Shown here in pieces: positions 1-10,349 of a DNA stretch of 64,000 nucleotides; within the stretch, counting starts at the first letter, position 1, and the number at the start of each line of letters is the position of its first letter. The DNA comes from Nitrospirales bacterium. Lineage in GTDB: Bacteria > Nitrospirota > Nitrospiria > Nitrospirales > UBA8639. The translations under genes and the position numbers were made by a program. The notes below the pieces were generated by a model. The model ran no database searches and had not been told where the DNA came from. It saw only the letters and a program-made list of their open reading frames with translations. Location of the stretch: the NCBI GenBank assembly GCA_965203295.1, contig CBDBCZ010000019.1, forward strand, positions 1,216,001-1,280,000, read 5' to 3'.

Positions 1-152
1 CACATTTGAGAATTTCGCCAATAATTCGCCATATCTCTTAGAGGTGTCAAGTTTTCTTATAACTTTTGTTTGTAGATCATTCGGGATCAGGATATCCTGT
101 TAGCACCCGACGGAAAGCGGAAAAAGGGTGCAACCATCGGTAGGTCATACGG

Positions 153-1241
153 TCAAAGTCTTTTTTGGCAAACGTCAAGAAACTGCTTTGCCCTGTGCTC
201 ACACGTGTGATAGAGCAACAGATGCTGATGGCCCTGGTGGGCAATGGCATCCCGGGTATTTTTTTCTTGGAGGTAGGTGCGAACGATATCCAGTAAATCA
301 CTCAGGTCTGGGCGACAGAAGAGAGCGTGTTTTCCATGTTCGAAGTTGTTGGGAATATGGATATACGGTAGATCCGAAACGAGAAGTCTTCTCGCCGCGA
401 CGATCTCCCAATATCGAATCGTATCGAATCCAGCTCCCCTAATAGACAGTCCTATCTTCGACCGTGCGATGAGTCGGAAATAGTCTTCATATGACAACTT
501 ACCTCTCTGCTCCATTTCCGTGGCATACGGATCTCCCTGGAGTTTGGCCTTGCAAATCGCGACCGTCCCTAACAACAGTTTTGACTTTCTGGTTTTCGCT
601 TCAGCATACACACCACCTTCAAATCTAATATCGGAGGCTTCCCGGAGCATATCGACCGCTTGAATGCGTTTGCGATGGGACGCAATGCCTACGAAGGAAA
701 TATCAATCTCCTGGTGCTGGTTTTCGAAGGACGGGACTCCTTCCAAATTGATTGAGAACGGAAGAGGGTAAGTGTGATCAGAAATATTCCGACCCCAGCC
801 AAAAACTCTCCATTTTGCATGGAGGCTTTTGGGACTGAACCCATCGTGGGAAAGATATTCTCTCTTAAAATACAGAGCAAAACCATATCTTTGAAAAAGA
901 TCGGTCTTAATATCAGTGCCGTCATCTCCGTCAATGAGAATCAATGGGGGGAGGGTACACTTGCTGGTCAACGTCTCAAGTGCCTCCAATGCTTCTCTGC
1001 GTATGGCTGAAAGGACAACGAAATCAAACTCGCGTCGATTCAAGAGGGAGACGATGTCCTCCAGCTCGTATCGTTGGCCTGGGTTTTGCGGCAGCGAGAA
1101 AACCCTCAGATCAGGATTGTGATACAATTCCTTGTAGGGATAGTCGATCACAGATTGCCAACCTAGATTCTTGCACAAACCTGTATAGATTTGATCGGAA
1201 AGGTAGTCGATATGCGAAGGCGTTAAATAGAGAATGTTCAT
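153..1241 (-). CDS. glycosyltransferase, GT-B fold (CgeB/YkvP-like C-terminal domain)
   Basis: 362-aa ORF with C-terminal YFRLIARSKIGLSIRGAGFDTIRYWEIVAA and HTCEHRAKQF, typical of the glycosyltransferase 1_2 domain; lies in a polysaccharide locus. Confidence 0.75.
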   Translation of the reverse strand: MNILYLTPSHIDYLSDQIYTGLCKNLGWQSVIDYPYKELYHNPDLRVFSLPQNPGQRYELEDIVSLLNRREFDFVVLSAIRREALEALETLTSKCTLPPLILIDGDDGTDIKTDLFQRYGFALYFKREYLSHDGFSPKSLHAKWRVFGWGRNISDHTYPLPFSINLEGVPSFENQHQEIDISFVGIASHRKRIQAVDMLREASDIRFEGGVYAEAKTRKSKLLLGTVAICKAKLQGDPYATEMEQRGKLSYEDYFRLIARSKIGLSIRGAGFDTIRYWEIVAARRLLVSDLPYIHIPNNFEHGKHALFCRPDLSDLLDIVRTYLQEKNTRDAIAHQGHQHLLLYHTCEHRAKQFLDVCQKRL

Positions 1242-1465
1242 CTTGGCTTCTTATAAACCATGGCTTCTGCATACTTGGGGGAAGAGTATAGGAAGACCTC
1301 GAAGTTGCAAAACCGGGCGAAGCCGAAAATTCTTAAGTCGGCCCGTAGAACATACAATAACTCCCAACGTGAATGGGAACGTTGCGGCGGCTCTGCCTTG
1401 CCATTATGAAGGAGATAGCTGAAGGACTCTCTCCCTGTGAGGCCGTGAGTTCGATCTAATCTCAA
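1238..1465 (-). CDS. small hypothetical protein or gene remnant
   Basis: 75-aa ORF filling the gap exactly, with 4-nt overlaps to both neighbours; no recognisable motif. Confidence 0.3.
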   Translation of the reverse strand: MRLDRTHGLTGRESFSYLLHNGKAEPPQRSHSRWELLYVLRADLRIFGFARFCNFEVFLYSSPKYAEAMVYKKPR

Positions 1466-2523
1466 CGAGACGTTTCAGTATCAAAGGAAACAAGGACCGG
1501 TTGAAAAATACTTTGCAGGAAATCAAAATTTATAGTTTCAGGTAGCGCCTCTTCAATCCATTCATCAAAGTGAAACGCAGAAGGCCATAAACTCATTGGA
1601 TAATGAGCTCTAAGCCATGTTTTCCAAGTCCTGTAATCGAATGGATTTTTCTTCAAGGAGCGATGGACAAAGTATTTGGCAAATTGACTGCCAGATTGAT
1701 AAGGAAATAGGAGAAAACTGACCTCTCTAAGCCATTGGCCTCTCATGATCCGAAACGCCTTCTTCACTCTACTATTTGGTGAAAATCCGTACTTGTTGAA
1801 GAGAATCCTGTAGAACCTGTCTAGGTTTCGAAAAATGATGTAGATGAGTCTCTTATGTCTGGCCACACGATGCATCTCAGAATGCGTCCGGTAGCGTCCG
1901 AGCGTTTCATCCGCACAAATAAACGGACCTTGCTCGCTCATCCTTAGACAAAATTCCGATTCTTCAAAACATTCAGGGTTGAATTGTTCATCAAAGAGGC
2001 CTGCCCGAATAGCCGTCTCTTTTCTGAAAAACATGATTGAAGGAAGCACCGTCGGCACGTCCGCAAGCGGAGAACTCGGTTCGAACAGGAGCTTCCGCCA
2101 GAATTCTGGCGTATCGCCGGCAGCCTTGTTGACAACGTGTCGGTTGTCAGGAGATACCCGATCAAAGATGGCGTGAATCATTGCCGCTTCAGGATGCTTT
2201 TCCGCCGTGGCAACTCGAATCTCTAGCCGATGTGGATACATCATGTCATCGTCATCTAACAATGCGACATATTCTCCATGAGACTCGATGATGCCACGAT
2301 TGCGAGCTGAACAAGCACCTTGGCGTGTTTCCGAGACCACACGAATCTTTCCTGGATGCTGCACCATAAAAGGATGCACGGATGCAAGCGTCTCTGCGGG
2401 TGCATTGTTATCGACCAGAAGTATTTCATACTCCTTCATAGTTTGGTTAAGGCATGATTCTATTGTTTCCCTTATAGTGCTCGTTTTTGAAAGTGGAATA
2501 ACTATGGAAACGACAACCGACAT
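1462..2523 (-). CDS. glycosyltransferase family 2
   Basis: VSIVIP...EILLVDN...GACSARNRGI...GEYVALLDDDD GT-A motifs. Confidence 0.9.
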   Translation of the reverse strand: MSVVVSIVIPLSKTSTIRETIESCLNQTMKEYEILLVDNNAPAETLASVHPFMVQHPGKIRVVSETRQGACSARNRGIIESHGEYVALLDDDDMMYPHRLEIRVATAEKHPEAAMIHAIFDRVSPDNRHVVNKAAGDTPEFWRKLLFEPSSPLADVPTVLPSIMFFRKETAIRAGLFDEQFNPECFEESEFCLRMSEQGPFICADETLGRYRTHSEMHRVARHKRLIYIIFRNLDRFYRILFNKYGFSPNSRVKKAFRIMRGQWLREVSFLLFPYQSGSQFAKYFVHRSLKKNPFDYRTWKTWLRAHYPMSLWPSAFHFDEWIEEALPETINFDFLQSIFQPVLVSFDTETSR

Positions 2524-2705
2524 GAGACCCTCTCTTGTATTGGAGTGATTAAGCTGGTACCTCGATAGTCGGAGTATGATTTAGGGGGACTCAACTCAAC
2601 CCGTAGGTATGCATAATGGCTTACACTATCGATCAAGGCAAGAAACATCAGCAGTTCCAAGGCAGTCTCCAGTCGTAGAAAGAAATTTCAGGTTTGTCGA
2701 ACCAG

Positions 2706-3463
2706 CTAGGAGTTCAGGAGAGAGAGCAGGTATTGTCCGTAACCCGTTCCTTTCATAGACTCCCCGATTTGCTGGATATCATCGGATTGAAGGAATCCCA
2801 TTCTGTAGGCGATTTCCTCTGGACAGCACACCATCAAGCCTTGGCGTTCTTGTAAGACTTGAACGTAGTGGGTGGCTTGCAGGAGTGAATCATGAGTTAA
2901 GGTTTGAGAGAAGCCGCAATGTCTAACACCTGGTTGTCATAAAAGTAGAGACCCGTGACTGCGTACGAAGACCGAGGGACCGAAGGTTTTTCTTCTAGTG
3001 TTATGGCTTTGTTTTTGGAGTCGAAGCTAACCACTCCATAGCGCTGAGGATTACGAACCTGATACGCAAAAATTCTGGCACCCGTGGGTTGCTGGACGGT
3101 TTTTCAATGTTCCTGAAGCCCGTGACCGATAAAAAGGTTATCCCCTAAAATGAGGGCAACAGAGTCTTGTTCTACGAATTCTCTGGCGATCAGGAAGGCT
3201 TGAGCAATACCATCTGGGAACTCCTGGTTGGCATAGCGAATCTCAATTCCAAACTGCGATCCATCACCGAGTAAACGAACAAATCCATCTTGGTCATAGG
3301 GAGTCGTAATGATGAGATACTCTCTGATGCCCGTTAACATGAGGGTAGAGAGAGGGTAATAAATCATCGGTTTATCGTATATCGGTATCATATGTTTGCT
3401 GATCCCCCGAGTGAGGGGATATAACCGTGATCCTGTTCCACCTGCTAATATGATACCTTTCAT
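2706..3463 (-). pseudogene. rfbA: glucose-1-phosphate thymidylyltransferase pseudogene
   Basis: Starts [18 protein letters not shown] at 3463. In-frame TGA at 3104-3106; homology continues ([18 protein letters not shown]...LEEKP...AVTGLYFYD...LKP*). A deletion near 2897 removes the SARGELEITD...WLDTG segment. The C-terminus THDSLLQA...CPEEIAYRMG...YGQYLL is in another frame and ends at TAG 2706. Confidence 0.92.
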
Positions 3464-3530
3464 CAAAATAAAGGCCTTTTCTGGTATGAAATCTTGTATG
3501 GACTGGAAGCTTGGCGATGCCTCTGAATCG

Positions 3531-4625
3531 TTACATTGGAGTTTGCTTGAGGCCCAGACGTTCCCTCTGATAATTGCCTGAAGAAACTGTGACACACCAG
3601 TCTTTGTGAGTTAAATATCATTGAACCGTCTTCTTCAGCCCCGTCAAGAAATCATGTTTAGGGGTCCAGCCAAGTTCATGCCTGATTTTCGAGGTATCCA
3701 TGGCATATCGAAGATCGTGACCTGGTCGATCGGGGACAAAGGCGACCAAGTCTCTGTAGTGCACAAGCCCTTGTTTCTGCAAATTCTGGTTGTATGAAGC
3801 CGGATCGAGCTCTTCCAGAATGCGACAAATCGATTCCACGGTTTCCAGGTTGGTCCGTTCATTGTTGCCGCCAAGGTGATATGTTTCTCCGACCTGTCCT
3901 TGTGTCAACACGACATGAAGCCCCTCACAGTGATCGTGAACAAAAAGCCAGTCTCGAACATTTTTCCTTTCTCCATAAATAGGCAATGCCTTTCCTTCAT
4001 GAGCATTGAGAAGGATGAGTGGAATCAGCTTTTCCTGGAATTGGTAAGGCCCGTAATTGTTTGAAGAATTGGTGATGAGAATTGGAAGTCCATACGTCTG
4101 CCAGTACGCACGAGCCAAATGATCGGCACTCGCTTTAGATGCGGCATACGGCGAGTTGGGTGCGTAAGGCAGATCCTCAGAAAAATACCCCTCTTCACCC
4201 AATGTGCCATACACCTCATCAGTGGATACTTGTAGAAAATGGAACTTTACTCTTTCATGATCAGGTAAGGATTGCCAATGGGTTCTGGCCGCCTCTAAGA
4301 GTACAAAAGTACCTCCAATGTTGGTATGAATGAATGTCTCGGGATCATCGATGGACCGGTCAACATGTGTTTCGGCAGCAAAATTGATGACATATTGTGG
4401 GCGATAGGTTTCGAATATGTGTTCCATGGTCGCCTGCTCGGTAATGTCGGCTTGTATGAACGTCAAGGGTTCGGATTTCAGAATGTCTTGGATGTTGTGT
4501 AAATGGCCTGCATACGTCAATTTGTCGATTACGACGATGTGGACGTTCGGGTAGGTTAAGACGAATCGGACGAAATTCGACCTAATGAAGCCAGCTCCCC
4601 CTGTGATCAGCATTGTTTCTCGCAT
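3531..4625 (-). pseudogene. rfbB: dTDP-glucose 4,6-dehydratase, prematurely terminated and degenerate
   Basis: FAAETHVDRSI, VSTDEVYG, YAASK and DRPGHDLRYA motifs. TGA at 3618-3620 replaces Trp of the usual TVxWY; the frame continues YLTHKDW...GNYQRERLG to TAA 3531. The Rossmann motif reads GGAGFIR instead of GGAGFIG. Confidence 0.85.
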
Positions 4626-4756
4626 GGGATCAATAATGAGGTTATACTAAAATCGGTTGAAATTTACGAGGAGGGCGCTGTTGCAACAGGTCGATAAACC
4701 ATTCACAGCAGTGAAAGTCCTCAATCGTCTGACATCCGTTCTGTGTGGGATATCAT

Positions 4757-5881
4757 ATGCGAATCGGTTTTGATGCTTTCCCAGCTGTCAATTCCCTCGG
4801 TGGTGTGGGGAGCTATGCCTATTGCCTCCTGAGGGCTTTACTTGAATTGGGTATTCGTGATGAGGATGAAATCGTGGCCTACTTCCCAAGTCAGACCAAT
4901 CGAGAATCAACTATTCGAGATCTCGAAGGCTATCCCCATTTGCGATTGAGAAAAACCGGAAAGCATTGGATGAAGTGGTGCGGCGGTATTGATGAATTAG
5001 ATCTCTACCATGGGACCAACTTTAAAACACAAACCAGAGGCCATTCTGGAGCAGTTGTGACAATCCATGATCTTTGGTTAGATCGCTTTCCAGAGTATTC
5101 CAAGAAACTCTTTGGTCAAAAATGGTCATTCTATCGTACACGCCGCCGTGCCTTGTTAGCAGAGCATGTCATTACGGTTTCTCAACATTCGGCTCAAGAT
5201 ATTGAAGAACTATTCGGCGTTCCTGAAAATCGAATTTCTGTTATTTGGAACGGAGTATCGAAGGAATACTGGCCTGATAAGACTGATGAGAGTAGGGGAG
5301 TTCTGTCTTCTCGTTTTGGTATTCAGGCCCCCTATATCTTGTTTGTGGGAGGGGCAGATCCGAGAAAGAACCACCAAACTCTTTTCCGAGCCTACGCGAA
5401 GGCCGATTCGCTTCATAAGACGTATGTCTTAGTCGTGATTGGGAATCCAGTGCATAAAATGGGCACCATGCATAAAATGGGCACCATAGTTGGAACCAGT
5501 AAGACGTTGGGCATACGCGATCGAGTGATTTCTTTGCAAGGACTGTCAGTCGAGGAGATGCGCTCTTTGTATTCACATGCCGACCTGTTTGTGTTTCCTT
5601 CTCGATATGAGGGGTTTGGGCTCCCTGTATTGGAGGCAATGGCTTGTGGTGCACCAGTGATTACGTCAAGAAAGACGTCCCTCCAAGAGATTGTTGATCA
5701 AGCGGCTGTTTTAGTTGATCCTGGAGATGATGAAGAACTCCGTCATGCCATGATCACCGTGCTTCAGGATCAAGAACTCCAGGACTCCATGCGGGTGAAG
5801 GGGTTAGAAAGGGCAAAACAATTTACTTGGGAACGGGCTGCTCGCCAGACCTGGGATGTGTATCGTCAGCTGTGTCGATAA
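4757..5881 (+). CDS. glycosyltransferase family 4
   Basis: [25 protein letters not shown] signature; likely start MRIGFDA. Confidence 0.92.
   Translation: MRIGFDAFPAVNSLGGVGSYAYCLLRALLELGIRDEDEIVAYFPSQTNRESTIRDLEGYPHLRLRKTGKHWMKWCGGIDELDLYHGTNFKTQTRGHSGAVVTIHDLWLDRFPEYSKKLFGQKWSFYRTRRRALLAEHVITVSQHSAQDIEELFGVPENRISVIWNGVSKEYWPDKTDESRGVLSSRFGIQAPYILFVGGADPRKNHQTLFRAYAKADSLHKTYVLVVIGNPVHKMGTMHKMGTIVGTSKTLGIRDRVISLQGLSVEEMRSLYSHADLFVFPSRYEGFGLPVLEAMACGAPVITSRKTSLQEIVDQAAVLVDPGDDEELRHAMITVLQDQELQDSMRVKGLERAKQFTWERAARQTWDVYRQLCR
5451..5486 (+). repeat. perfect 18-bp in-frame tandem duplication within the GT4 gene
   Basis: tgcataaaatgggcacca twice, giving [12 protein letters not shown]. Confidence 0.95.
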
Positions 5882-5901
5882 GTTTTGCTAAATGTTGTGA
5901 G

Positions 5902-6921
5902 ATGGAAACTCCTGCCAGAAAAATCCTGATTATCAAGTTTCGGTACATTGGCGATGTTCTCTTATGTACTCCGACCATTGAGGCAATTCGAAAACATTAT
6001 CCCCATGCCCGCATAGAGTGCCTTGTGAATCCTGGCACAGATGACGTGCTTCGTTTCAACCCCAATATTGATGGAGTTCATGTGGTACCTCGTTCGGGGT
6101 TGGCGACCCAACTTCGGTTTTTATGGTGGCTTCGATCGAGTGGTTTTGATTGTGTTTTTGATCTCACAGATGGTGATCGTTCTGCCATCATGACAGCAAT
6201 CACGGGGGCATCAAGACGAGTGGGATTTAATAACGAGAATCGGTGGCGAGGTCGTATGTATTCTCAATGTGTGAGTGCAAGATATGGGTCCATGCATATG
6301 ATTGAATACCATGGGCAGGTTCTTGCCAGCATGGGAGTGTCAAATGGTTTGGGAAATCCCCAAGTATTCGTCAGTGTCGAAGATGAGGCCAGGGCAAAGG
6401 ATGTGCTTGAAAAGAACAAGCTCTTGAACTCTCCTTGGGTGATGATGCACCCAGGGGCACGCTATTGGTTTAAAGCCTGGCCCACAGAGAGATTTGCCGC
6501 TTTATGTGATCGATTGATGGAAAACGGATTTTCTGTAGTATTCGTAGGAGGTCCGAATGATCAAACTGTCGTGGATACGATTCAAGCTGCCGCGAAGTTC
6601 CAGCCTATTTCTTTAGTCGGACAGACTTCCCTCTTAGATTTGGCCACACTCATGAAACATTGCTTGCTGTTTGTGGGAAATGATGGAGGACCGATGCATA
6701 TGGCCGCCGCGATGGGGTGCCCCGTGTTGGGTTTGTTTGGGCCATCAGATCCAGCGGTTTGGGGCCCAAGAGGATCAAACACCAAGGTTATCTATAAGGG
6801 GGGAGATTGCCGGGAATGTTTTCACCCTGATTGTTTTCGTGGTGAGGAAAGTTGCATGCGGCAGATCTTGGTCGATGAGGTCTTTGAGTCGGTGATGGCT
6901 TTTTTAAATGGCTCTTCTTGA
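5902..6921 (+). CDS. LPS heptosyltransferase, GT9 (heptosyltransferase III-like)
   Basis: KILIIKFRYIGDVLL, HPGARYWFKAWP, FVGNDGGPMHMAAAMG, LFGPS. Confidence 0.9.
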   Translation: METPARKILIIKFRYIGDVLLCTPTIEAIRKHYPHARIECLVNPGTDDVLRFNPNIDGVHVVPRSGLATQLRFLWWLRSSGFDCVFDLTDGDRSAIMTAITGASRRVGFNNENRWRGRMYSQCVSARYGSMHMIEYHGQVLASMGVSNGLGNPQVFVSVEDEARAKDVLEKNKLLNSPWVMMHPGARYWFKAWPTERFAALCDRLMENGFSVVFVGGPNDQTVVDTIQAAAKFQPISLVGQTSLLDLATLMKHCLLFVGNDGGPMHMAAAMGCPVLGLFGPSDPAVWGPRGSNTKVIYKGGDCRECFHPDCFRGEESCMRQILVDEVFESVMAFLNGSS

Positions 6922-6991
6922 ATGAGTAGGAATGATCAGAAGTAACAGGGGGTGATCAAAACACCGCTGATGCCCTTTTTCAATATCCCCT

Positions 6992-8053
6992 TTAAGGAAA
7001 CGGTGAAAGGGGAGCATAGATCATCGGAAAGTCAACAAGATCTTCCAACCATGGCGACATGTGATCCGGTTCAAGAGGCATCAAGTTCAGTCTTACCTCG
7101 ATTTTGAATTCGTTCTGCGTCCCCATGATTCCAATGATAGCTGCTGCGTCAGGAGAATCGGGTAAAAGCCTGGCAGTCTGAAATTCGCACAGAGTGCTAT
7201 ACAGTCGTCCCCCATCAGTTAAAAGCGACAAGATCGTGGGTAAATCATCCACAGGCGCGTGCAATGAACAGCGATAGACTCTTCTCTGAAATGGTGCGAT
7301 GGCACCAAAGTCAAGCAAGGTTTGGGTAGAAAATCCTGTCAGATAGATTCGGATGTTCACAGGATTTTGTCCATACGTTGCTGCCAGTTTTGTCGCAGGC
7401 ACCAAAAATTCGAATGGGTCTGATGAATTGTATTCAAACTGGCAAGGACCAAACGCGTCGGCCCAAGAACAGAAAAACGGTGCTTCCTGCTTATTGATTC
7501 CAAGATGGACCATTCTCCTTTCCAGACGGAGATCGATGGGGAGGTCCAACAGGTCAATGGCCGTCTGAAACGCCTGTTTTCGCTCATCGATCCAAATTGG
7601 TTCCTGATGAGATGCACGAGTTTCTCCTGGAGTAATCACTTCCGCGGTCTGCAAGCGAACACGAATAAATGAATGAGTGTGCCGAAACCCAACCCACAAC
7701 ATGGCTTGAGGAAGAAGTGTAGCGTTATATCCGGGAAGAAGCCATGGATGGCTGATGGAGCAATACGTACTGAGAGTTTGATGTTTCTGGTACAGGGAGT
7801 GGTATCGCCCGACTAGGAGAAAGAAATCGCCTTGCCATTCTTCCAGCACATGAATCAACGTCACATCTTCGATGGGCCAATCGTCAAGCCGATCAACGTC
7901 TTCAATGTGATTGACGGCGAATTCTTCAATGTAGCAGATGCTATCTCTTGAAGGGTCGACGGTATGGAGTCCGTGAGCCTTCAAGCGATCCAAGAGCTTA
8001 AGCACGTCATCAAACGGAATCGAGTGCTGGCATTCCCATCTTTGCTCCCGCAT
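6992..8053 (-). CDS. hypothetical protein
   Basis: 353-aa ORF with GAGGAG RBS; no recognised motif. Confidence 0.75.
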   Translation of the reverse strand: MREQRWECQHSIPFDDVLKLLDRLKAHGLHTVDPSRDSICYIEEFAVNHIEDVDRLDDWPIEDVTLIHVLEEWQGDFFLLVGRYHSLYQKHQTLSTYCSISHPWLLPGYNATLLPQAMLWVGFRHTHSFIRVRLQTAEVITPGETRASHQEPIWIDERKQAFQTAIDLLDLPIDLRLERRMVHLGINKQEAPFFCSWADAFGPCQFEYNSSDPFEFLVPATKLAATYGQNPVNIRIYLTGFSTQTLLDFGAIAPFQRRVYRCSLHAPVDDLPTILSLLTDGGRLYSTLCEFQTARLLPDSPDAAAIIGIMGTQNEFKIEVRLNLMPLEPDHMSPWLEDLVDFPMIYAPLSPFP

Positions 8054-8230
8054 ACAGCACGACTCCTCGAATTGTGAGGTGAGAGAAACTAAAGTCCTTC
8101 TCTTAAGTTATGATCGCCGCCATTCTTGAAGCACAATGTGGGCAGTCATTTCGGGAAGAGTTTAGGAGAGAGTTTGGAGTCAGAAGAAGTCATATAGAGG
8201 CCGCGAGCCAAGGGATCATGTATAAAAAAT

Positions 8231-8321
8231 TGGCGGAGAGGGCGGGATTTGAACCCGCGGTAGAGTTTTGCCCTACGACGGTTTAGCAAACCGTTGCCTT
8301 CGGCCGCTCGGCCACCTCTCC
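8231..8321 (-). tRNA. tRNA-Ser(GCT)
   Basis: Reverse complement reads GGAGAGGTGGCCGAGCGG...ACGGT-TTGCTAA-ACCGT, a long variable arm, then GGTTCAAATCC...CTCTCCGCCA; CCA is encoded. Confidence 0.97.
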
Positions 8322-8623
8322 GCAATCCTATTTCTTAATACTTACACGTACTTATATACTAACGGTGGTAGTAACCTCAAGAGCTGGGTGAGACTTGGTT
8401 GCGGATTTTGCTTCTAAGGGTGATCATCCAAATTTGATTGACAAAGAGTCGATGGTTTGCATCGAATAGCTAGCTATATATGTCTTTGATGACTTTGATA
8501 CTACCATGTCGGAGTTGTTCTCGAATACATTTCTGATTGGCCCCTTATTCCATTCTGACACCCTTCAGTCAAATTCCAAACAGTGTCTTCTTTGAGACCT
8601 TTAGAAAGTGAGCGCCAACAGGC

Positions 8624-10314
8624 TTAGTCTGTTTCATTCTTCGTTGACCCCGCGCTTTGGATGGTAATTGTAAATATTTTTTTGAGTGCACTAAACGTAC
8701 ACGGCTTAGTATGAACGAGACCTTCGGGAAGTTTGGTGGTCTTATCCACGCAGGCTTCGTTGAGTTGAGTTTGGGTCAGGGTGGCTGCAAACAGGTTCGC
8801 TGCCCGTAGATCCACTTCCTTGAGTTTCGCCCCATGCAAGTTCGCATTGACCAAAAAGGCTTCTTCCGCTATCAGATATTGCAGGTTGGCTTCCTTACAA
8901 CTAGGCACCCCTTACAAGTCTAGGCAATTCCCCATCCCGGAACCAATTCGATGGTTTCGCGGACACATCCTGTTTATTGAAATTGGCAAAGGGCCGCATA
9001 CCGAGGGTGAACAAGAGTTCTGGGACGATGGTGTGGTGAATGGCAGAGGCGTCTTCAGCAGTCGGGATCTCGATCTTTAGATAACTGATCGCATTTCCCG
9101 CCTGTGGCTCCGTAATTGGCACGTCTCTTTGGGAGCGTGTTGCTACTCCATTGATGGCCCCATCAGACGCCACTACGGTGAAGAGCATCACCGCTAGGCC
9201 CAACAACGTCAACTTCCAGGAGCGTTGCCCGAGAGTCATCCATAGCTTCGTGGTCTTCCAATTGTTGGCTATGTTTAAGGAGAGTCGTTCCTGTCCCCGC
9301 AGTGTCTTCTTCGCCAATGCCTGTGACCAGCCGGCAAACACACAGGTCACCACAATGAGGAGAATGTGTACAGTCCTGACTTCCCAGTCATGTTTTGGGA
9401 GATACCGTAGCCAGAAAAACACGAACGTCAGCGGTACCACCCACCATGCTAGAAGAATAGATATGCCCACCATCAATCGAGATAATGGAGGACGGTTCTC
9501 GCGCAACAGGGTGAAATGCGGACGAACGAGAGAATTGAGAATCCAGGGATACACTTTTTCGTCTAAAGCTTTGCCGTCGGGGAATTTGGCTGGCAGGCTC
9601 GACAGTCCGTGCCAGAACCGTTGGAGGTAAAAGTGGAGCCACAGGTACAGGCTGAATAGGATTAGCGGGGCGGCCCAATAAAATCCAGCAATGGGGATTT
9701 TGGCTTGAATGATGGGCAAGGGGGGAGGAGCTAGAGTTAGTTAGCAGAGCGACATCCGTAGTGGTGGCGATAGTCAACCAGGCATAGACACAACCCAGTA
9801 GCATGGAGATGAACAGTTTGCCGGCTTTCTTGGAAATTTCTTCTACCTGAATCAGGCCATCAAACTGGGCGATGTCTTTCGGCAGTTTGGCACCAGAGAC
9901 GTTGGCACCAGCGAATTGGCTTGCTAAGAGGCCGGTCGCTTTAGAGAGATCTGCGTCCTGTAAATTCGCCTCGCGGAGAATGGCGTTGTTGAGAGTGGCC
10001 TTCTGAAGGTTGGCATAAAAAAGGAGCGCCCCCTGCAGGTTCGCGAAGGCGAGGTGGGTCTCCTGCAGGTTGGCCTCCCACAGGTCCGCCATCTGCATGT
10101 TGGCCGAATCTAGCAACAACTTCTGCAGGTTGCCCCAAGAAAGGTCAGCTCTCACCCCTTCCTTTTTATCTGATTCCACCCATTTTCGATTTTGCTCCAG
10201 AATTTCCTGTAATTCGTCTGGAGGGATATCTCGATACAGCGGAGCTTCGGTGAGTTCCGATTCCGATTGCTCGGATGGTGGACTATTTGTTTCAGGTTTG
10301 TCGGTCATGACCAT
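8624..10314 (-). pseudogene. pentapeptide repeat / multi-TM / pentapeptide repeat protein, split into three frames
   Basis: N-terminal A(N/D)Lxx repeats; +1 shift in a C6 run near 9720 (SSSP/LPII); hydrophobic TM block; TAG plus a frameshift at about 8895-8903; then C-terminal repeats EANLQ...NANLHGAKLKEVDLRAANLF. Confidence 0.85.
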
Positions 10315-10349
10315 TTACAGACGGAGTGCAGGTCTATGCTGCTTGGTTT

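Noticed and set aside
9715..9730. C6 run at the pentapeptide frameshift as a phase-variation tract
   Set aside because: The run is too short, and the gene has an independent stop and frameshift downstream
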